Positions 1 to 14,489 of a stretch of 64,000 nucleotides of DNA are shown here, one piece after another; the first letter of the stretch is position 1; each line of letters opens with the position of its first letter. Source of the DNA: the human T2T-CHM13v2.0 reference genome, Homo sapiens. The notes under the pieces were generated by a model. That model saw nothing but the letters and a program-made list of their open reading frames with translations, did not search any database and had not been told where the DNA came from. A program made the position numbers and the translations under genes. The DNA is taken from the NCBI RefSeq assembly GCF_009914755.1, contig NC_060926.1; one strand, given 5' to 3'.

Positions 1-72
1 TGTGTAATGTTGCAGGACAAACTGGATTTTATATTTCTTCAGTGATGTTACCTAATCAAGAATTAATAATTA

Positions 73-433
73 TGACATGGTTTGGCTGTGTGTCCCCATC
101 CAACTCTCACCTTGAATTGTAATAATCCCCATGTGTCATGGGAGGGACTTCATGGGAGGTAACTGAGTAATGGGGGTGGGTTTTTCCCATGCTGTTCTCA
201 TGACAGTGAATAAGTGTCATGAGCTCTGATGGTTTTATAAATGGGAGTTCCCCTGCACAAACTCTCTTGCCTGTTGCCATGTAAGATGTGCCTTTGCTGT
301 TCTTTCACCTTCCACCATGATTGTGAGGCCTCCCCAGCCATGTGGAACTGTGAATCCATTAAACCTCTTTTTCTTTATAAATTACCCAGTCTCAGGTATG
401 TCTTTATTAGCAGTGTGAGAATGAACTAATACA
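73..433 (+). mobile_element. THE1 (THE1B/C-like) MaLR solo LTR
   Basis: Starts TGACATGGTTTGGCTGTG, ends AACTAATACA; typical THE1 core CCATGATTGTGAGGCCTCCCCAGCCATGTGGAACTGTGA and ATTAAA; 5-bp TSD AATTA/AACTA. Confidence 0.92.
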
Positions 434-1012
434 AACTACTATACAAGTACAAGATACTTGCCCAACAGGTAAAAAATTTTGTTTGTTTAGGAATTTCCAT
501 ATTTCTATTATCATTCCAATTCAACTTAAAACTTTGTCTCAGAGTTTTTCCATTATCACACAGATGTTTAACAATGAATCACAAGAAGAACTGAATCAAT
601 TAAGGATGTTATTCTAAGTTATGCTCTTGACTAACTGAACACATCTCAGTCCATTAGAGATAAAAATGCAATACATATATTAGGCTTCTGAATTCTACAG
701 GGTATAGCTCTATATTTAGATTAGGCCAAAATATATATGAGTGTTATAATATGTCTATGACATTTGTGAGTTCAGAGGAGGTTTTCTCACTTACAAATGC
801 CTAACTGGACCCCATTTAAATATAAAGAACAATTCAATTTATTAATTCTGACGTAAGATATGTAGATGGAAAAAATCAACCTATGTTTGACTTTCAAAAA
901 CATCAACTAGTGGTAAAAATAATCAAGCTGATATGTATTGAAGGTGTATGTTGATGAGGTATTTCACTGAGGCTTGTTCAAATATTTTAAATTTGACATT
1001 ACCAATGACCAC

Positions 1013-1312
<300 letters not shown>

Positions 1313-1407
1313 TGACCACTTCTAAAACATATAAAAGTGAGTTTATCCAAAAATCCAGAAATGATTTCTTCAAGTTTTGCTAAAGTCACATATCTATTTG
1401 TTCAAGT

Positions 1408-1565
1408 TCTTCCCTTCCTGCCTTCCTTTCTTCCTTCTTTACTTTATTTTCTTCTTTTTTCTCTCTCCCCCTTTCTTCAACCCTCTTCTTCTCCCTCCCT
1501 TCTTCTTCTTTCCTTCCTTTCCTCTCTTCTCTTCCTTCTTTCCTTCCTTCCATTTTGGCTTCCTT
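1408..1565. repeat. CT-rich low-complexity tract, (TTCC/TTCT)n-like
   Basis: Nearly pure pyrimidine run. Confidence 0.9.
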
Positions 1566-2449
1566 ATATAGGTAATTAAGTGAATTACATAGGGTGTTGA
1601 TATGTAAAATTTACTCTGCTAATACTTTCATACCTTTAAAGAAATCCTTTTTACCATAATTGCAACAAATTCGATGACATAAAAAAGTCATTGCAACTGC
1701 TGAAAGACAAAGGCAGGGGCCAAGGACATGGAATGGAAATCTAGACTGCTTGTTTGTGTTCACTGAATAACTTGAAACAGTTTTAAAATAAGTGTGAAGT
1801 TGCCTTTTGTGGAATCAAATGATAATATTCAAATACATCCCACAGACTTGTTCAGTCTATGATTTTACATTATTTCTGTTATGTCCGGTGCCTACAATGA
1901 ATCAAAAGAAGCCAAAGATACAGATTCCTTCATGGAAAGAAAGATGTAAGACCTCCTTTGTGTAGATTTAAAGTAGACTCACAGGATATTGAACCTCAAA
2001 GGAACCATTGTCACCATTCAAACAAATCTTTTTATTTTTCAGATAGGGAAACTTAGACTTAGTAGGTGACATTAAAAAATTGATTTGGTGGGAGTTGTAA
2101 GTGAAATATAACATAGCTGATAAGGATTCTGTATAACAGCTGTCCACAAAACTAAAGTGAAAGCAATTTAGCAAAGATTGTCCCAACTATTCTGCTTAAG
2201 GATTTCCACTGGAATGCTCCCATAGGATTATATTTTCTTCCATATGTAGAACACACTACAAGATAGGTATAACGTTAATATTCTTGATATGAATAGAAAC
2301 TTTTAAACAACAAGTATAACTTACATGGGAGAGTTTTTTTTAATACATTCTACTTATTTTGACTCAAACACTCTCTTGTAATAACAAGTTTAAGATCCAG
2401 TTCTGGTGTCAACCTTTCTGCTTTTCCACAGGCTTTCTTCTAGTCACCA

Positions 2450-2640
2450 CTAAAACTTGTACACATCTCTACTGCAATTCTCCTCACTTTCTGTTATATT
2501 TTCTTTTCTCAACTGATGGACAGTAAATTCCTTGTGATGGTGACTAACAAGTTTGTACCCCAAGCACTTTGCACAGGTACATAGCCATATAACAGTTTCT
2601 CAGCAATATTTCTTTAATAGATAGCTGGATGGATACATGG
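2450..2640 (+). mobile_element. L2 3' end fragment
   Basis: GTACCCCAAGCAC...GCACAGGTACATAG...CTCAGCAATATTT...GATGGATA resembles the L2 terminus; highly diverged. Confidence 0.45.
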
Positions 2641-3161
2641 GTAATTCAGTCCTGTAAACATGGACTGTGTTTCCTTCACTATTGGTATTTAAAAGCATAG
2701 AAAAGATAAAAAGTGCAAAATTCATTTAGGTAAGCATCAAATGGTGATGCTTTTAGAGGGTATCTTTCAGAGTCCATATATATATCTCCTGTGATTGATT
2801 CTAAGCAACTTACCCAAGACTCACTCATTGACTTAGTTGCAGACAATTATGCAAAACATTATTTGAAAGGACCCTCCTTCATTTCTTAACTTGGTCATTC
2901 CTTTTCTCTTCTCACTTTTTATTATGTCCTTTCAAAGAGATGCCCATTATGATCATAGTCATTCTCCTTACAGAGAGACATGACAGATGTATCTGTTTAC
3001 AAATATAAATGACTTAATGTGCTGCTATTTGGGCAGCTATATTTCAAAGGAGAAACGAAGTGAGAGGGAATATTTCCTGGAGGTATTTTAGGCTTCAGCT
3101 ACAAAGTAGAGGAGCAGCACTGATTCCCAGATATTTGTTTATATTGTTCTGCAAATATATT

Positions 3162-3834
3162 TGTAGTGGGATCTACAAATGTGTTGCCCAGGTCCTTCTT
3201 CAGGATGGAAGAACTTATTCTTCCTATTGCTGGGATTGCTGCTGGCTGTCAGGTCTTAGCTATCAGTGTTCTGAATTGTCTTAGCTGATATGAGCTGCCC
3301 CTTCCAAGGTCACATCCACTTCCTGCGCAACCCACATTCAATATCGATTGACATGGGGTCTCTTGCCCAAATTCAAGAAAAGTCTGCAGGGTCATTCCAA
3401 CTTCAGAGACCACCATAGGCCCTTCACTGAGATTATCAGAGCTCAACTTCTTCCTATGTGTAACTCTGCTTCTTTTTTTTCTGCTCACCAATATCGATCC
3501 CAAGTGTATTCCCTAATACCTCTCAGGTATGTGAATCTCATTTCAGATTCAGCTTTTCATCAATTTTAAATGTTTTTTAGAAAATTTGTATTTTTAAAAA
3601 CAAAGAACAAATGAACACGAGTAGATTTTATTTTCCTCCTTTTCAGTCTTTCATTTAAGCTAGTTTCCCTTTGACACTTGCTCCATCAGCTAATAATCTG
3701 TAGAAATAAATTACAATAAAGAAATCAATCATTAGGACTTTGAGGCTAAATTATAGTAGGTCACCAAAACTGTTATAGAAGCCAGTTCAGGGTAGGGTGT
3801 CACAAACCATTAGAGAAACCAAACTGTGTGGACA
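3162..3834 (+). mobile_element. LTR16C-like ERVL solo LTR, interrupted at 3553-3811 by a local duplication
   Basis: CCAAGGTCACATCC...CCCACATTCAAT...CAACTTCTTCC...GATCCCAAG...CAGATTCAGCTT follows LTR16C; terminal AGAGAAACCAAACTGTGTGGACA resumes at 3812-3834. Confidence 0.75.
3553..3811 (+). repeat. Copy of 4482-4743 (direct local duplication)
   Basis: About 260 bp collinear match, roughly 88-90% by eye, e.g. GACACTTGCTCCATCAGCTAAT, AAAGAAATCAATCATTAGGACTTTGAGG, TAGGGTGTCACAAACCATT. Confidence 0.97.
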
Positions 3835-4481
3835 TCCATTCACTTGATGAGACAGAGAATTTCTGAGCCCTCAGAATAAGAATGGAAAATGCCCAAGTGA
3901 TGAAAACTATATATCAAAATTTCTCAGATGTTGAGAGAGCTGATTTTTTTCAATATAACAGTCTATCAGGTACAGCAGCACACTACAAATGTTAATACCT
4001 AAGTGATCAATAATATAAACTCATAATTTAGGTGTTGGAGTGATAATTAAAGACTCACTGGGTAATTTTCTAGTGTGTTGTGAAACTTAATAGCTGATTT
4101 GCCTATACCAAAGTCCGTTCTACAAAATGATATAATCTGCCTTCTTTGCTTAATTTATGTCTTTCTTACTTTATTTATTTAAAAATACCTGGTCATATCA
4201 GAGACAGTTATTAATTATAAATCAAAGATGGGATTTGGCTTTAGTCAGAGAAAAGCTTGGCTGAGGATAGAGCATGTGTATTCTGTAAGCGTCTGCTGGC
4301 ATGCAGACTGAACCATTCAGCCATGGATTCTGGTAGAGCTGGGAAGCGAAGCAAGGAAGGCTTAAGGGACTAATCCAGGTAACACAGGTAATGTGGGACT
4401 CCGTAAAGAATTAAAGGTGAACCTAGTTAAAGATTACAAAATTAACTGGGTGGAAGGATAAAACTGAGAGGTATCCAGCTC

Positions 4482-4743
4482 CTTTTCATCAATTTTAAAT
4501 GTTTTTTAGAATAGTTTGTACTTTTAAAAACAAATAACAAGTAAACCCATCAGTAGATTTTATTTTCTTCCCTTTCTGTCTTTCATTTCAGCTAGTTTCC
4601 CTGTGACACTTGCTCCATCAGCTAATGATCTGTAGAAACAAATTACAGTAAAGAAATCAATCATTAGGACTTTGAGGTTAAATTACAGCAGGTCACCAAA
4701 TCTGTTAGAGAAGCCAGTTGAACGTAGGGTGTCACAAACCATT
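4482..4743 (+). repeat. Donor segment of the 3553-3811 duplication
   Basis: Same alignment; embedded in apparently unique sequence. Confidence 0.95.
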
Positions 4744-5454
4744 GGAATGCAGATTCATTGGTGTAGATTTCAGTTTCTATGGCAGAACACTTACATATAA
4801 AGTTTATGATACCTATTAGAGATGATCTAGATTTATCTTTGGACAAGAATTTACACACACATGTATTAACCAGTCAAATGAGTGAAGACATAGACAGGAT
4901 TAGGCAGAAAGAAATGTGCCATATATTACTAGTTTACAAGAATATCTGCTTCCTAAAATGCTTAGCTTTGTTGTGCTGTTTCTTTCTTCTTGGGAAACCA
5001 AATTATATAAACATGGGCTGAAAAAATGGGCAGAAGTATTTCAAACTACATCTTGAAGTAAAGCTTTATGAAATAAAGAGAGCAGCGGGGATTATGAGGT
5101 TGGTGGCAAAGGGCACAGAAACCAATCAGTAAATAAAGTAGTGAGAAAATTATAGGGTGAGAAAAATATACAAGACATGATCCCTGCCCGAAGAGAACCT
5201 ACATTCCGATAAAATCACAAGTTATTTGCTTCAAACAATAAAGTTCTATTCTACATGTCCTAATTAAAATGCCAATAGAAGCTCACAAACTACCTGAAAT
5301 TTAGTTACATACATGTTGTTTTTAACAGAATCTTTCAGTTCAAAAATGTTCTCTACTTGAGGCTTAAGTAATTGTTTCATGTCATCATCAGTATATATTT
5401 TTAACCTAAAAGAGCAGAATTTTGTCATGTTTGACAAACAAGTGACAACATTTT

Positions 5455-5600
5455 AGGGCTATGAAAGAGGCCACAGACATGACCTAATCCAACTTCTTTC
5501 ATTTATATAAAAGACTTTCAGGTGAAAAATGTTTGAAGTCCCACACAAAGTCACATAGTGAGAGACAGTACTTGAATTCAGACTCAATCATACTTAATGC
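5455..5600 (-). mobile_element. MIR3-like fragment
   Basis: CTAATCCAACTTCTTTCATTT...AAAGTCACATAGTGAG...CTTGAATTCAGACTC resembles the reverse MIR core. Confidence 0.45.
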
Positions 5601-6462
5601 CAAAGCAATATTATTTTCCCCCCCAAATCAGCCTTTTATGTCTAACCTATCAGAAAATAATTACTAATGGATTTAGGAAATTCAAATTATGATTTACATC
5701 TGTTGTTTCTTCTCTTTCCTCCTTACGTTATACGTGTTATGTTTGAGAGGATCGGCATATTCAAACAGCATTAGCATCAAAAATAGCTAACTATGAATCA
5801 AAGAAACACTTGCTCCATTACCACTTTTTTCCTTGTTTGTTGAATTCATGTACATATACATACATATATAATCTGAGCACTTTATGATAGGACCTTAAGA
5901 CCTAGTAGTTCATCTGACATAAAACAAAAGTTTATTGAAAAGATCAAAGTGCTGCTGCTTCTGGTGGTTTAATATAATAGCGTGCAGCATGTTACTGTAA
6001 TTACTCAGAGCTGACAAGAGAAATACAAGATAAAAAAGATTTCTTCAAATAATAGTAGAATGTTTTAAATAAAAAAGCCCTAGATTTCAAAACCTTTGTT
6101 TTATCTTATGATATCTTTAATTTAATAATGAGTGCACAAATATAATTCAAGGAGTGCTGTCATTAAATTACTTCTTTTTGTCTTAAAAAGAAAATATTCA
6201 TATTGGTAATATAATTGTTAATGATTTAAAGCTGGAAGTAAATGCAGTATGAGTTCCTTCTCAACTTATAAAGGACATGAAATATTTATAAATTTTTTAA
6301 ATATGCCAATTTGATTTTGGGAAATTTTATTTTTGAAACTGATATTTATATTTTTAGATGACTTTAAATTTTTAATTGTAATGCCAGAGAGACTTGCTTA
6401 GAGACAGGGTGCAATCCAAATCTCCAGAAAAATTTATCTATAAGACCTAAAAGTAATAGTGA

Positions 6463-6740
6463 TTTTTTTTTTTTTTTTTTTTTGAGACACCCAGGCTGGA
6501 GTGCAGTACCACGATCTCAGCTCACTACATGCCCACCTCCCAGGTTCTCTCCTGTCTCAGCCTCCCAAGTAGCTGGGACTACAGGCGCATGCCACCTAAC
6601 CCGGCTAATTTTTGTATTTTTAGGAGAGACGGGGTTTCAACATATTGGCCAGGCTGGTCTCGAACTCCTGACCTCAAATGATCTGCCCGCCTTGGCCTCC
6701 CAAAGTGCTGGAATTAAGGCGTGAGCCACCACGCCTGGCC
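6463..6740 (-). mobile_element. AluS with small internal deletions
   Basis: Poly-T plus Alu arms; TSD AAGTAATAGTGAT/AAGAATGGTGAT. Confidence 0.95.
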
Positions 6741-7415
6741 AAGAATGGTGATTTTTAATGATTGACTAAACTCACTTTTTAAAAACATACATGAGTCTAA
6801 GTTAAAAAGTAAATGTTGACAAAATATTGTAAACATCTCATCTTAGAAAGCTACCTCATCAGCCAACTCAGATATTAAAATCAAAAGTATCACATATGAA
6901 AATGCAAAGTTACATAACTACTAGAAACAAATGGTCTAGGCTACGTTACCCCATACATGATTGACTCATTTCAGATGATTAATCTACTCTCATTCCTAAA
7001 TGTTAGTATTTGCTCCCTACTTCACCCCACCCCATCCCTGCTCCCCATATAGATGGCAGATGTCTGCTGTATTTTATTCTTATTTATATGTGGCTTCCAA
7101 TAAAGACTAGTAGAACTTTCAAGAGCAGAGTGATTTGCCACAGCTGAGCTCAGTGGATGAGAAACCTGAAAACAAAGTAGTCTTCCACCATAATTCACAC
7201 TTTTGTGTAAGTGTGATTATATAAATATATTTTTTCACCATCATCCATCTGCAATTACAATAACTCCTACTGCATGTTTTCTGAGTTATTTTTAATTAAA
7301 TGTATACTCTAAGTATCATGAAAAGAGATGCTTGTCTTGAAAGCAAGAGGAAAGTCAGTTTGGGAAAGTAGGATGCTGAAGTTTAATCAGTTGGATGTGT
7401 TGATTTATTATTCAT

Positions 7416-7782
7416 TGTGGTATAATAATAATGGATTCTCAAGTATCCTGTATCATTGTAGTGGGCCCAGTGGAATCATAAAGGTCCTTATAAAAGGAAT
7501 GCAGAAGGAGCCAGAGTCAGAGAAGAAGGCAATGTGACGACAAAGCAGAGTTTGGAGTGATTCAGCCACAATCCCAGAAATGGGAGCATCCTTTAGAAGC
7601 TGCAAGATTCAAGAAAGATTTTCCCTGGAGCATCCAGAAGGAAACAGCTTTGGAAACCTCTTGACTTTAGCCTCATGAAACTCATTTCAGACTTCTGACT
7701 ATGGGAATATAAGAGATTAAGTTGATGTTTTAAGCCATTAAAATTGTGGTAATTCGTTTCAGCAGCAAACTATAACTAATGA
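7416..7782 (+). mobile_element. MLT1 (MLT1D-like) MaLR LTR
   Basis: GTGGGCCCAGTGGAATCATAAAGGTCCTTATAA, CATCCAGAAGGAAACAGC, TTCAGACTTCTGAC, TTTTAAGCCA...TGTGGTAATT...AACTAAT. Confidence 0.8.
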
Positions 7783-8127
7783 ACTCAGCAATCAAATTCT
7801 TGATTCCATTGACTTTCAATCTAAACTCTGAGCCTCCTTGTGTGAGGTGGTAGCACTTTTCTGGGCTTCCATTGTCCCATAGACCATTCCCATGGACATC
7901 CCAAGATAATCATGACTGGTCAGCCTCCCTTTTCCTCCATAACTCACCATGTTCCTTAAATATACCCAAGAACACCACTTTCTAAGGTCATTGTCTAGCT
8001 CAGGTATAAATAGGTTGGATTTCCACAAAGTGAAAGGCATGACTAACTCCAAGATAAGAACGATGTTTCAGAGTCTTCATCCTGTTCAGATGGCAAACAA
8101 CTAACTGGTATCAAAACACTCCTTCAG

Positions 8128-8176
<49 letters not shown>
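8128..8176. repeat. (CA)n microsatellite
   Basis: Direct reading, about 20 pure units. Confidence 0.97.
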
Positions 8177-8178
<2 letters not shown>

Positions 8179-9101
8179 AACACTAGAGGATCTTTTCGTA
8201 AAAGGTTTTTATTTTTTCCTATTTTACCGATGATTTGATTTCAGAGATATAAACTACTGGGGACAATAAAATCTGATTACCAAATAGCTTCACCTCCTAA
8301 ACTTATCCCAACCATAGCCATTCTTTGTCTCCCACTTCACACACATACCATGGATTCAGGATTCATAGTTCCAAATGTGAGACCTGAAGCCTAAAGCTCT
8401 GTTGTTACTTAGGCTGGAGTGTAAAAAATTTCTTGGTACATCGTATGGTCTTTTCTTTAAACAGAGCAATCCAAAGTATATTGAAATACATAGACATTTG
8501 AAAGAAACATTAGACTAAATCATTTTTTACTGAGAATGGCATTTGGACAATTCCCCTGCCCGGGATTTTCTAAACACACATCTACATACCAGCTGTATTA
8601 GAATAACATTGATATGTGTGTATATATGTATATTTCCAGAGTCCAGAACTGCACACATTATTATGTAAGCCATTAAAATATTTGTGTTAAATCACATTTG
8701 GCAATGTAGAAGCTCAGCTATGTTTGAAAAAATCAATCCTCTGGATCATAATGTACAGTTGGGGCAATGTTTATGAGACTTTTGTATAAATACCCTTTAT
8801 GTCTGTTTGATGTAACCAAGAATAGATAAAAATGGCTCAGATTTTTAAATCTGTACTTGAAAATAGTTTTTATTCACTTTGGTTTATTGATCAATGTTTT
8901 CATCAGTGCATTTTTTAATGATTTCTCTATGGAATTAATTATATAAAATATTTTCTGCCAGCACTTCTAGAATTTCTGATTATCCTAAATAAGTATAATT
9001 AACAAGAAGAAATCATACACACATGAAGATTGGTGAATATATAATTCACATTGATTTTGAAAGTCAGTGAGTGCTGTCAATATTTGAAATCCATTTTCAC
9101 T

Positions 9102-9223
9102 TTGGAGGCTGAGGCAGGACAATTGCTTGAACCCAGCAGGCGGAGGTTGCAGTGAGCTGAGACCACGTGCCACTGCACCCTAGCCTGGGCGACAGAGCAA
9201 GACTCCGTCTCAAAAAAAAAAAA
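9102..9223 (+). mobile_element. 5'-truncated Alu (right-arm portion)
   Basis: GGAGGCTGAGGCAGG...GACTCCGTCTC-polyA; TSD AAATCCATTTTCACT/AAATCAATTTTCTCT shows truncation at insertion. Confidence 0.93.
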
Positions 9224-11289
9224 TCAATTTTCTCTCTCTACTGACATGGATAACAGCTCTCTTAGACAATCATGTAAAATATTGAGGCACACTTGTTTCT
9301 CTTGAGGTCACAAAAAAATAAAAGAGTGTCTAGTTTTCTTGGGATTCCCACTGCTTGCATGGGCTTTCATCCTATCCCAAAAGAATTTAGGCACATTTTA
9401 CCCAACACTATCTCTTAGTCATAGGACATGTAGTCTTGGAAGCAAAGAGAAAAATTATTAAGTAGAACTTTCATTTTCTTTTCTCTTCAGGCAGCACTTT
9501 AAGCATTTTCTCCCAATCGGTTCTTTGTCTATGAAATGTAAATAATTACATTCAAATACAATAATATCTCTAATAGTTCCTCCTGTAGCAATCTATTGCA
9601 TTTAAAGTTATTTGATAACTATGGGAAGAGCTGATATGTGTAAGTATCATACTCTTTTCCCCTTCACAAAATACTCATTTAGCCAAAAGATCCCATTAAT
9701 TCCACATGGAGATAATTTAGTGCAACTTCCTAAGTTTATAAATGAGAAAAGAGAGATGGCTTGCTGAAAGTCACATACTTTTTTTTTCTTTTTTTTTACA
9801 ATTAAAGCCATAATTAAGCCACATGCCTCACAATTGAGGTCAATGCTGTTTTCCCCTTGCTCCCAAAGGGCTAATGCATTACTTTTCTCACATCATGATC
9901 TTAACACCTCTCCTCTGCATTCAAAAAATGACATTCTGCTTTTCCTCCTGAAAGTTCCCTGATTGAGAGTTTGAACATTAGTCTACAGCTTATCAATGAG
10001 AAATCAGAATTTTAACTCCTGCCTGCATGTCTATCAATTGTGAATTTTTGACAAAGTTAAGAGATAAATAAATGCATTCTCTGAAAAGACAATGGTTCAG
10101 TTCTCCAGCCAACGCAATCTTGCTCCTCTTCCCTGACTTTCTCTTTTCCTTTCACATCTATTGCTCGTCTGGAATTCTGGCCTGATGTTACCTCAGTATG
10201 TTATAATATAATAAAATGCATATTATAATACACCTTTAATAGTTTAGAGGAAATAAGACTTTCCAGATATTGGTTTCTCATGTGAAGCTAAATATTTGTT
10301 TCTAGGAAAATCTATCCTATGACATTAAGACCGCTCTGCCCTGACTTTTTGAATATCACACTGCTAGGTGATCCCCCTACTAGTCCTAGTCCAACTTCCA
10401 TCTCATGAAATATTTTTTTGTCTTACCTAGGTAAAATTATAAGACAGATTATTGAAAAATAAATACCATAAGAATATTAAGGTTTGCATTTTGTTAACTG
10501 CATTCTATCAAGTCAAAAAAGAAGCAAACTATATATTTTCCAAATGCCAAAGTTTCTGTCACCTCCCCATACTATTGAGAAAAAAATGTTTCAATGGAAA
10601 TTTCTATGTGTTTTTCTTTGATGTCCTGTTTTATCATTGAAAGGCTGAATGATAGAGGTTTCCAGAGATTTGGAGTGAGTGGCTCACCTTAGATCATAAC
10701 TAAGGGAAACCATATCATCTAAGAAGCCAAACCCTTTTTACCTAGATCAGAAATGTGTTGAGCAGCTTATATTCTGTCAGTTTTGTGGTGGTGGCTGTTG
10801 TTGTTTTTGGAAGCAAGGAAGTACTCTCCTAGCTGAAATACAAGAAAAAGAAGAATAGATAAAATGTTCTATTCTCTCCCCCCTTGCCTCGTTGTGTGCT
10901 ATATCCAACTGAAAACATCATTATAGCAGGGAAGAACCCTGTACAAAATCACTGCAGATATAAGCCTGACCATCTTCTATTGACTATAATAAGGTTGATG
11001 TCCTAATTGGTTCATATAAATGCCACAGGAATTATGCAACATGGTCCTGACAGAGACCACTTTCACCCTGAATGAATTTTAGCTGCAGTCTCAAATTCCA
11101 CTGTGTATCACAGTAGACATCTTGTTGGTGTGGAGATCTGGATTTTTAACCATTGCCTACAAGAAGTTCTGTTACATGTAGTTTGTCTTGAAAAATAATG
11201 TCCTAAGAAGTAAACATCCCAAGGCCAGCAAAGTAATACACAAATTTAGATTTATAATGTTGCCCATATGAGTTAGGAAAATAACATCT

Positions 11290-11515
11290 AATATTATGTG
11301 GCATTTATTATGTGCTAGGCACTGTTCTAATTGCATGGTATATGAAATCATTTATTCTTCAGAAAAATCTCAGGAGATAGGTACTGTTATTACTATTCCT
11401 ATTATAGAGAAAAGGTTATCAAGGTATTAGGATTAAAGTAATTTATCTGAGGTCAAATGGTTAGTCCAGACTGAAATTTTATCCCAGACAAGATGGCACT
11501 AGAGATCATGCTTTT
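11290..11515 (-). mobile_element. MIR
   Basis: TATGTGCTAGGCACTGTTCTA...GATAGGTACTGTTATT...AAGTAATTTATCTGAGGTCA. Confidence 0.75.
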
Positions 11516-11968
11516 GTTGATGATATTATACTGTCACTTACATGCCAATCACTGAACCTAGCTGTATGAACCTTGACTATTCTCAAACTGGTTACCTTCT
11601 TTGTAACTGCCCTGTCCCATTTACTTTGAATAGTTTCTTAACTTGCAGTATCTTTTCAGAAATAACTTTCAAATCCTTACTACTTTTAACCTTTCTTTGG
11701 TGCTGTGTGTAATTTATTCTTTCACACAGGCAGGACAGGCCCAAAGAACACCTGAGCTGCGATGTGACACGTGCAGTTACATCAGCCTGTGGAGATGGGT
11801 CAGGCATTTTCCCAAGCAACAAGGAATGACACTGTGGTGGGAGGTTTATTTACATCATCTATGAGTAAAAGCTGGTCATCCTTTCTGGTTGAACTCTCAG
11901 TTGCAAGGGATAGATTGACTCTATCAGGATAGAGAATAGTAATGCCCGTGTAAGAGTAAGGTGATTCA

Positions 11969-12383
<415 letters not shown>

Positions 12384-12890
12384 TTAAAATATTAACTAAA
12401 AAAGGTAGGACAAAGACAAATATGTAATAGCTGTTGAAATTTTTAAAAGTGATTTTTTTTCATGTCCTTAAAAAGTAAAGCTAGAGAAGAAAAGGTTTAG
12501 TTTGTGCCAACATCAGTCAAAGGGTATGCCAGAAAACCAAAGCAGTCACTTTCCCAATATTACTGCCTTCATATTTATGATAGCGCGAGTCATTTATCAT
12601 CCATCTCAGTGCTATTCAAGACACTGGATCACATTTATTAAAACATTTACCATCACATTGCTTACAGTAAATCTATGTTTTTTAAATAGAGAATATTTCT
12701 GAAGAAGAGATAGAAATATGTGAGTGGTGAATTGCTATATAAGAAGGTTGTTTATCAAATCTTAATAAAATTTAGAGAAAAGCATATTACAAATAACATA
12801 TGGTCTCATAATTGAAGAAATTACATGAGTAAGTAATGACATTTACATGATAATCAATAAATCAGTGACTATGCAATTAAACCAGATATT

Positions 12891-13180
12891 TTTTTCTTAA
12901 TTTTATTTTTTATTGATAGGTAATAGGTGTACATATTTTAAGGGTATATGTGATAATTTAATACATTCATAAATTTGTAAAGATCAAATCAGTGTAACTG
13001 GGATATACATTATCTTATGTATGTCTTTTCTTTATGCTGGAGACATTCACATTGGAATTATTCTCTTCTAGCTATTCTGAAATACACAATGGATTATTAT
13101 AAACTGCTGATCTATCAAACAGTAGGTCTTATTTCTTCTATAAAACTGTATATTTGTACCCATTAACCAACTTCTCTTAA
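12891..13180 (-). mobile_element. L1MA (MA5/6-like) 3' end
   Basis: GATCAAATCAGTGTAACTGGGATAT...TCTAGCTATTCTGAAATACACAA...GTACCCATTAACCAAC. Confidence 0.8.
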
Positions 13181-14489
13181 TGCAAACCTTCAAGACCTTT
13201 TGAGTTTTACTCAAACTAGAACACTGTGGATCCTTTGACTGGATGATCATTTTGACAAGCAGAGTAAGCTACTTAAAGTAGAAGCTTGAGACTCAGTGGG
13301 CATGTGATCAGACTTCAGTGGCATGTGAACAAAGCATTGTCATTCTAAGGTGGCTGGAAGGGACCTAACTGCAGACAGTGAAAGAACAGTTCAGGTTGAT
13401 GAGGTGGCAGCGGTTAATAGCTGGCATCTAATTTGGCAGTTGAGATACGGAATGATCAGAAGTTTGAGCACTTATTTTGGGAGTCTGAGAGGGGGATCTA
13501 TAATTAGAATAAGTCAGATAGAATGAAAATAAGAATAAAGCAAACAATTAACCTGATTGATGTTTTCCACTGGGGTATATTGGCTGGTTTTTCACAGAAA
13601 ATGTAGAGACGGGTTACCTTTAACAAAACTCTCCTGTCCTGCTATTATACCTTACCAGTCGTTAGGACCTTTATAAACTGAAGTGTGGACACAACAGAGG
13701 GTTTGCCACTGAACTGACTTTGTTTCTCCTCACAAATGGACGGATCAAAATAATGACCAATTTGTTTAGTTGATTAAGGGAAAAAAATGTCAGCAAACAC
13801 GTTACCCATGTGGTAAAATATTTTTTACTTTTTAGGAAATGTTTTCCTATCCCCATGGTAATAGCTGTTATCCCATTCTCAGCCACAAAATCAGAAAAAC
13901 AAAGGGCGAGTAAGGAGGCTTTGTCTCATAGGTTTTGCTATCTTGTTTAAAGTATCAATGTCTTGGGGATGCCATCTTCTTAGGATTATACTAACATAGT
14001 TTGTAGGTTTTCTATAAGGCAGTATTACAATGCCAAAGCAAAGCCCTAGAATGAATGTTGATCTACAAACAGCTGGTCCTGTTAGAGGAACACTTAACTC
14101 CTCCAAATTAATTGACTTATTAAATCAGTTTACTCATTTTACTTATTTTTCTTTTACTTTCATTAAGTAGAAATAAGTGTTTAAATTTACCCAATTTTAT
14201 TCATAACATGAGGGAAAATACCAATTGGTCTGAAGGTCACCCTAAATTTCTACAAATCCTCTTATAGGCATGTTAGGGCTTTGTTGGCTGAGAACAAGGT
14301 TGCCTGCAATTTTGAGAACGCTTTGATACTCTTGTCTCCTATGCATCCTTGACAAATGTGGCTGCTCCCATGTTCCAGCTTTTCCAGTGTCACTTGAGGA
14401 TTCTATGATACCTGTGAACATGAATAGGTAATCCTCAGAAGTAGGAAAATAAACAAAATAAAGTGTTTGTAACTATCTTTTATGATTGG

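Noticed and set aside
5806-5820. ACACTTGCTCCAT matching the 3553/4482 duplicate
   Set aside because: Only about 13 bp with no flanking similarity; plausible by chance.
11700-11870. GC-richer patch with acceptor ttcacacag, a possible coding exon
   Set aside because: No convincing donor and no recognisable peptide in any frame.
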